NCBI GenBank assembly: GCA_965240325.2
Contig: OZ251236.1
Span: 434,001-498,000, forward strand
Direction: 5' to 3'
DNA length: 64,000 nt
Source of the DNA: Rebecca billardiae RCC1528
Lineage: Eukaryota; Protista; Haptophyta
The position numbers and the translations under genes were made by a program. A model generated the notes under the pieces. The model saw nothing but the letters and a program-made list of their open reading frames with translations. It ran no database searches and had not been told where the DNA came from. This document shows positions 62,684-64,000 of the stretch, piece by piece. The stretch's first letter is position 1; the number at the start of each line of letters is the position of its first letter.

Positions 62684-64000
62684 CTTCCGCTCCTCGCCGT
62701 TGCGTGCACGCGCAAAGGAGCACTGCAAAGGGTGCGACTGGGAGCATTCCTTCTCCCGGGCGGCCACCACGGCCTCGGAGGTGGTGAGGATCGCGTCGGC
62801 GACCACGGCGTGGACCACCTCCGTCGCGCCGGACACTCCGGTCGCCCCTCGCCGGACTCCATCCTCGCTGCGCGCTGACCGTTTGCCGAGCGGGCTGCCC
62901 CCGCCGCCTGCCCGGCGTGTGCCCGCGTGGTGACACAAGATGGTCGAAGGCGTGGCAGCGCGGTGGTGCGTGCGATCGGGGGACCCCACCTGAGCTACGA
63001 CACGGGCGCGCGCGCTCATCCGTGCTCATCACGGTGGTGCACGCGCGCGTCGCGCGCTCGCCGGCTGTCGCGCGCTGACGGCTGGGCTGCTTTGGGGTGT
63101 CGGCGGCGGCCACAGCTCGCTGGTACGGGCGCGATGGTGGCTGCGAGTGGTACGCGGCGTTGCACCAGGTCCATGTGCGTCACGCACGACGCTCGGCCGG
63201 CTCGCCCTCGGACCATTGGCTGAGTTCTACTCGCCGCGCGCGCCGCGCGCGGGAGCAGCTCGGCAGCTGCTCGAGGCGCAAAGTGCGCCCCGCGCGCTGA
63301 ACGTGGGCACGACGAGGTGGTGCGGCGAGCGTGCGCGGGTGTGTGTGCGTGATGGGCACCCCCATTGCGCTACTTGCCATGCACATCTGCCTCTCGCCAA
63401 GCCTTCGACACGATTGCTGCAAGCGCTGCTCGGAGGCGCGCTCGCGGGCTCGCGCGCGTTTGAATCTGGGCTCGGCGGCGATCGCGTGGACGAGGGGCAG
63501 CGCGGTGCACGGTGGCGGAGCGCGTGCGGAGCGCAGCCTCCACCTCATACACGCTCCATCCAGACACATCGCGCATGCTCGCGCGACCTCCTCGGTCCAT
63601 CACGCGCGCGTGCGCGCGCGAGCAGGTGTGCATTCGCCGGGCGCGTTCACGGCGCGCCGCGTTGGCGCGCGCGCACCGATACCCGTGCGCAGCTCGACGA
63701 GCGAGCGCGGTGTGTTTCGATGCGTATGGGGAGGCTCGAATTTACGCGCGCGCACGCGCCGGCCCTCGCCGCCCCTTCGCTCGCCCACGCCTCATCTGCG
63801 CGCTCGGCGTTTGCAGGCAGCTGCGCATTCTTTCCGACACGTGCGCAAACGAGCAGATGGCGCTGGGCGAGGTCGATTGGTGCGTCAGATATTCGGCAAC
63901 GATCAGGCCCGCGCGTGTGCCGCCACTCGTGCTACTCTCGGCGACCACCTCTGGCTCGGTCGCGCGCACGAGGCTGCTCGCGGCCGAATCGTGCCGTGTA

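Noticed and set aside
61687-64000. Possible minus-strand gene(s) at the right end
   Set aside because: Only short coding-like patches in different frames; no recognisable domain or consistent splice model.
1-64000. Prokaryotic origin, operons, tRNA or rRNA genes
   Set aside because: Spliceosomal introns, microsatellites and eukaryotic domain architectures are present; no tRNA or rRNA signatures were seen by eye.

Overview
A very GC-rich eukaryotic window with short GC-rich GT-AG introns and a bipartite plastid-targeting peptide on fmt; a secondary-plastid alga such as a haptophyte is inferred. The left 28 kb is one giant minus-strand gene that the ORF track does not list, probably because its frame has no stop before the window edge. 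It encodes a polycystin-1-like receptor of at least ~9,400 aa: signal peptide, ~3,600 aa Ser-Pro(n) extensin-like rod with fifteen 171-aa tandem units, 17 GCTD..NY..DDGSC repeats, a second ~3,100 aa Ser-Pro rod, ~4 IPT/TIG domains, REJ, a GPS autoproteolysis site (HL|T) and at least 3 TM helices. The long Gly-, Ala- and Arg-rich ORFs listed there are shadows of this gene. The right half holds two paralogous 6-TM + TIR-like genes with an intact WCxxE motif; one is fused through a 7th TM to an extracellular C-type lectin domain, a candidate glycan-sensing TIR receptor. It also holds a tandem cNMP-binding protein, plastid fmt, a decaying glycan-modification trio (sulfotransferase pseudogene, SGNH-like pseudogene, GT92/GT2-like gene), an amidohydrolase, a polyQ/zinc-finger protein, a possible LINE ORF1 relic, pyrE and a membrane-anchored TTL-like protein. 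Five non-autonomous TIR DNA transposons of different sequence are present, four of them within 42.4-48.5 kb. All calls come from manual reading and translation; no database searches were run.
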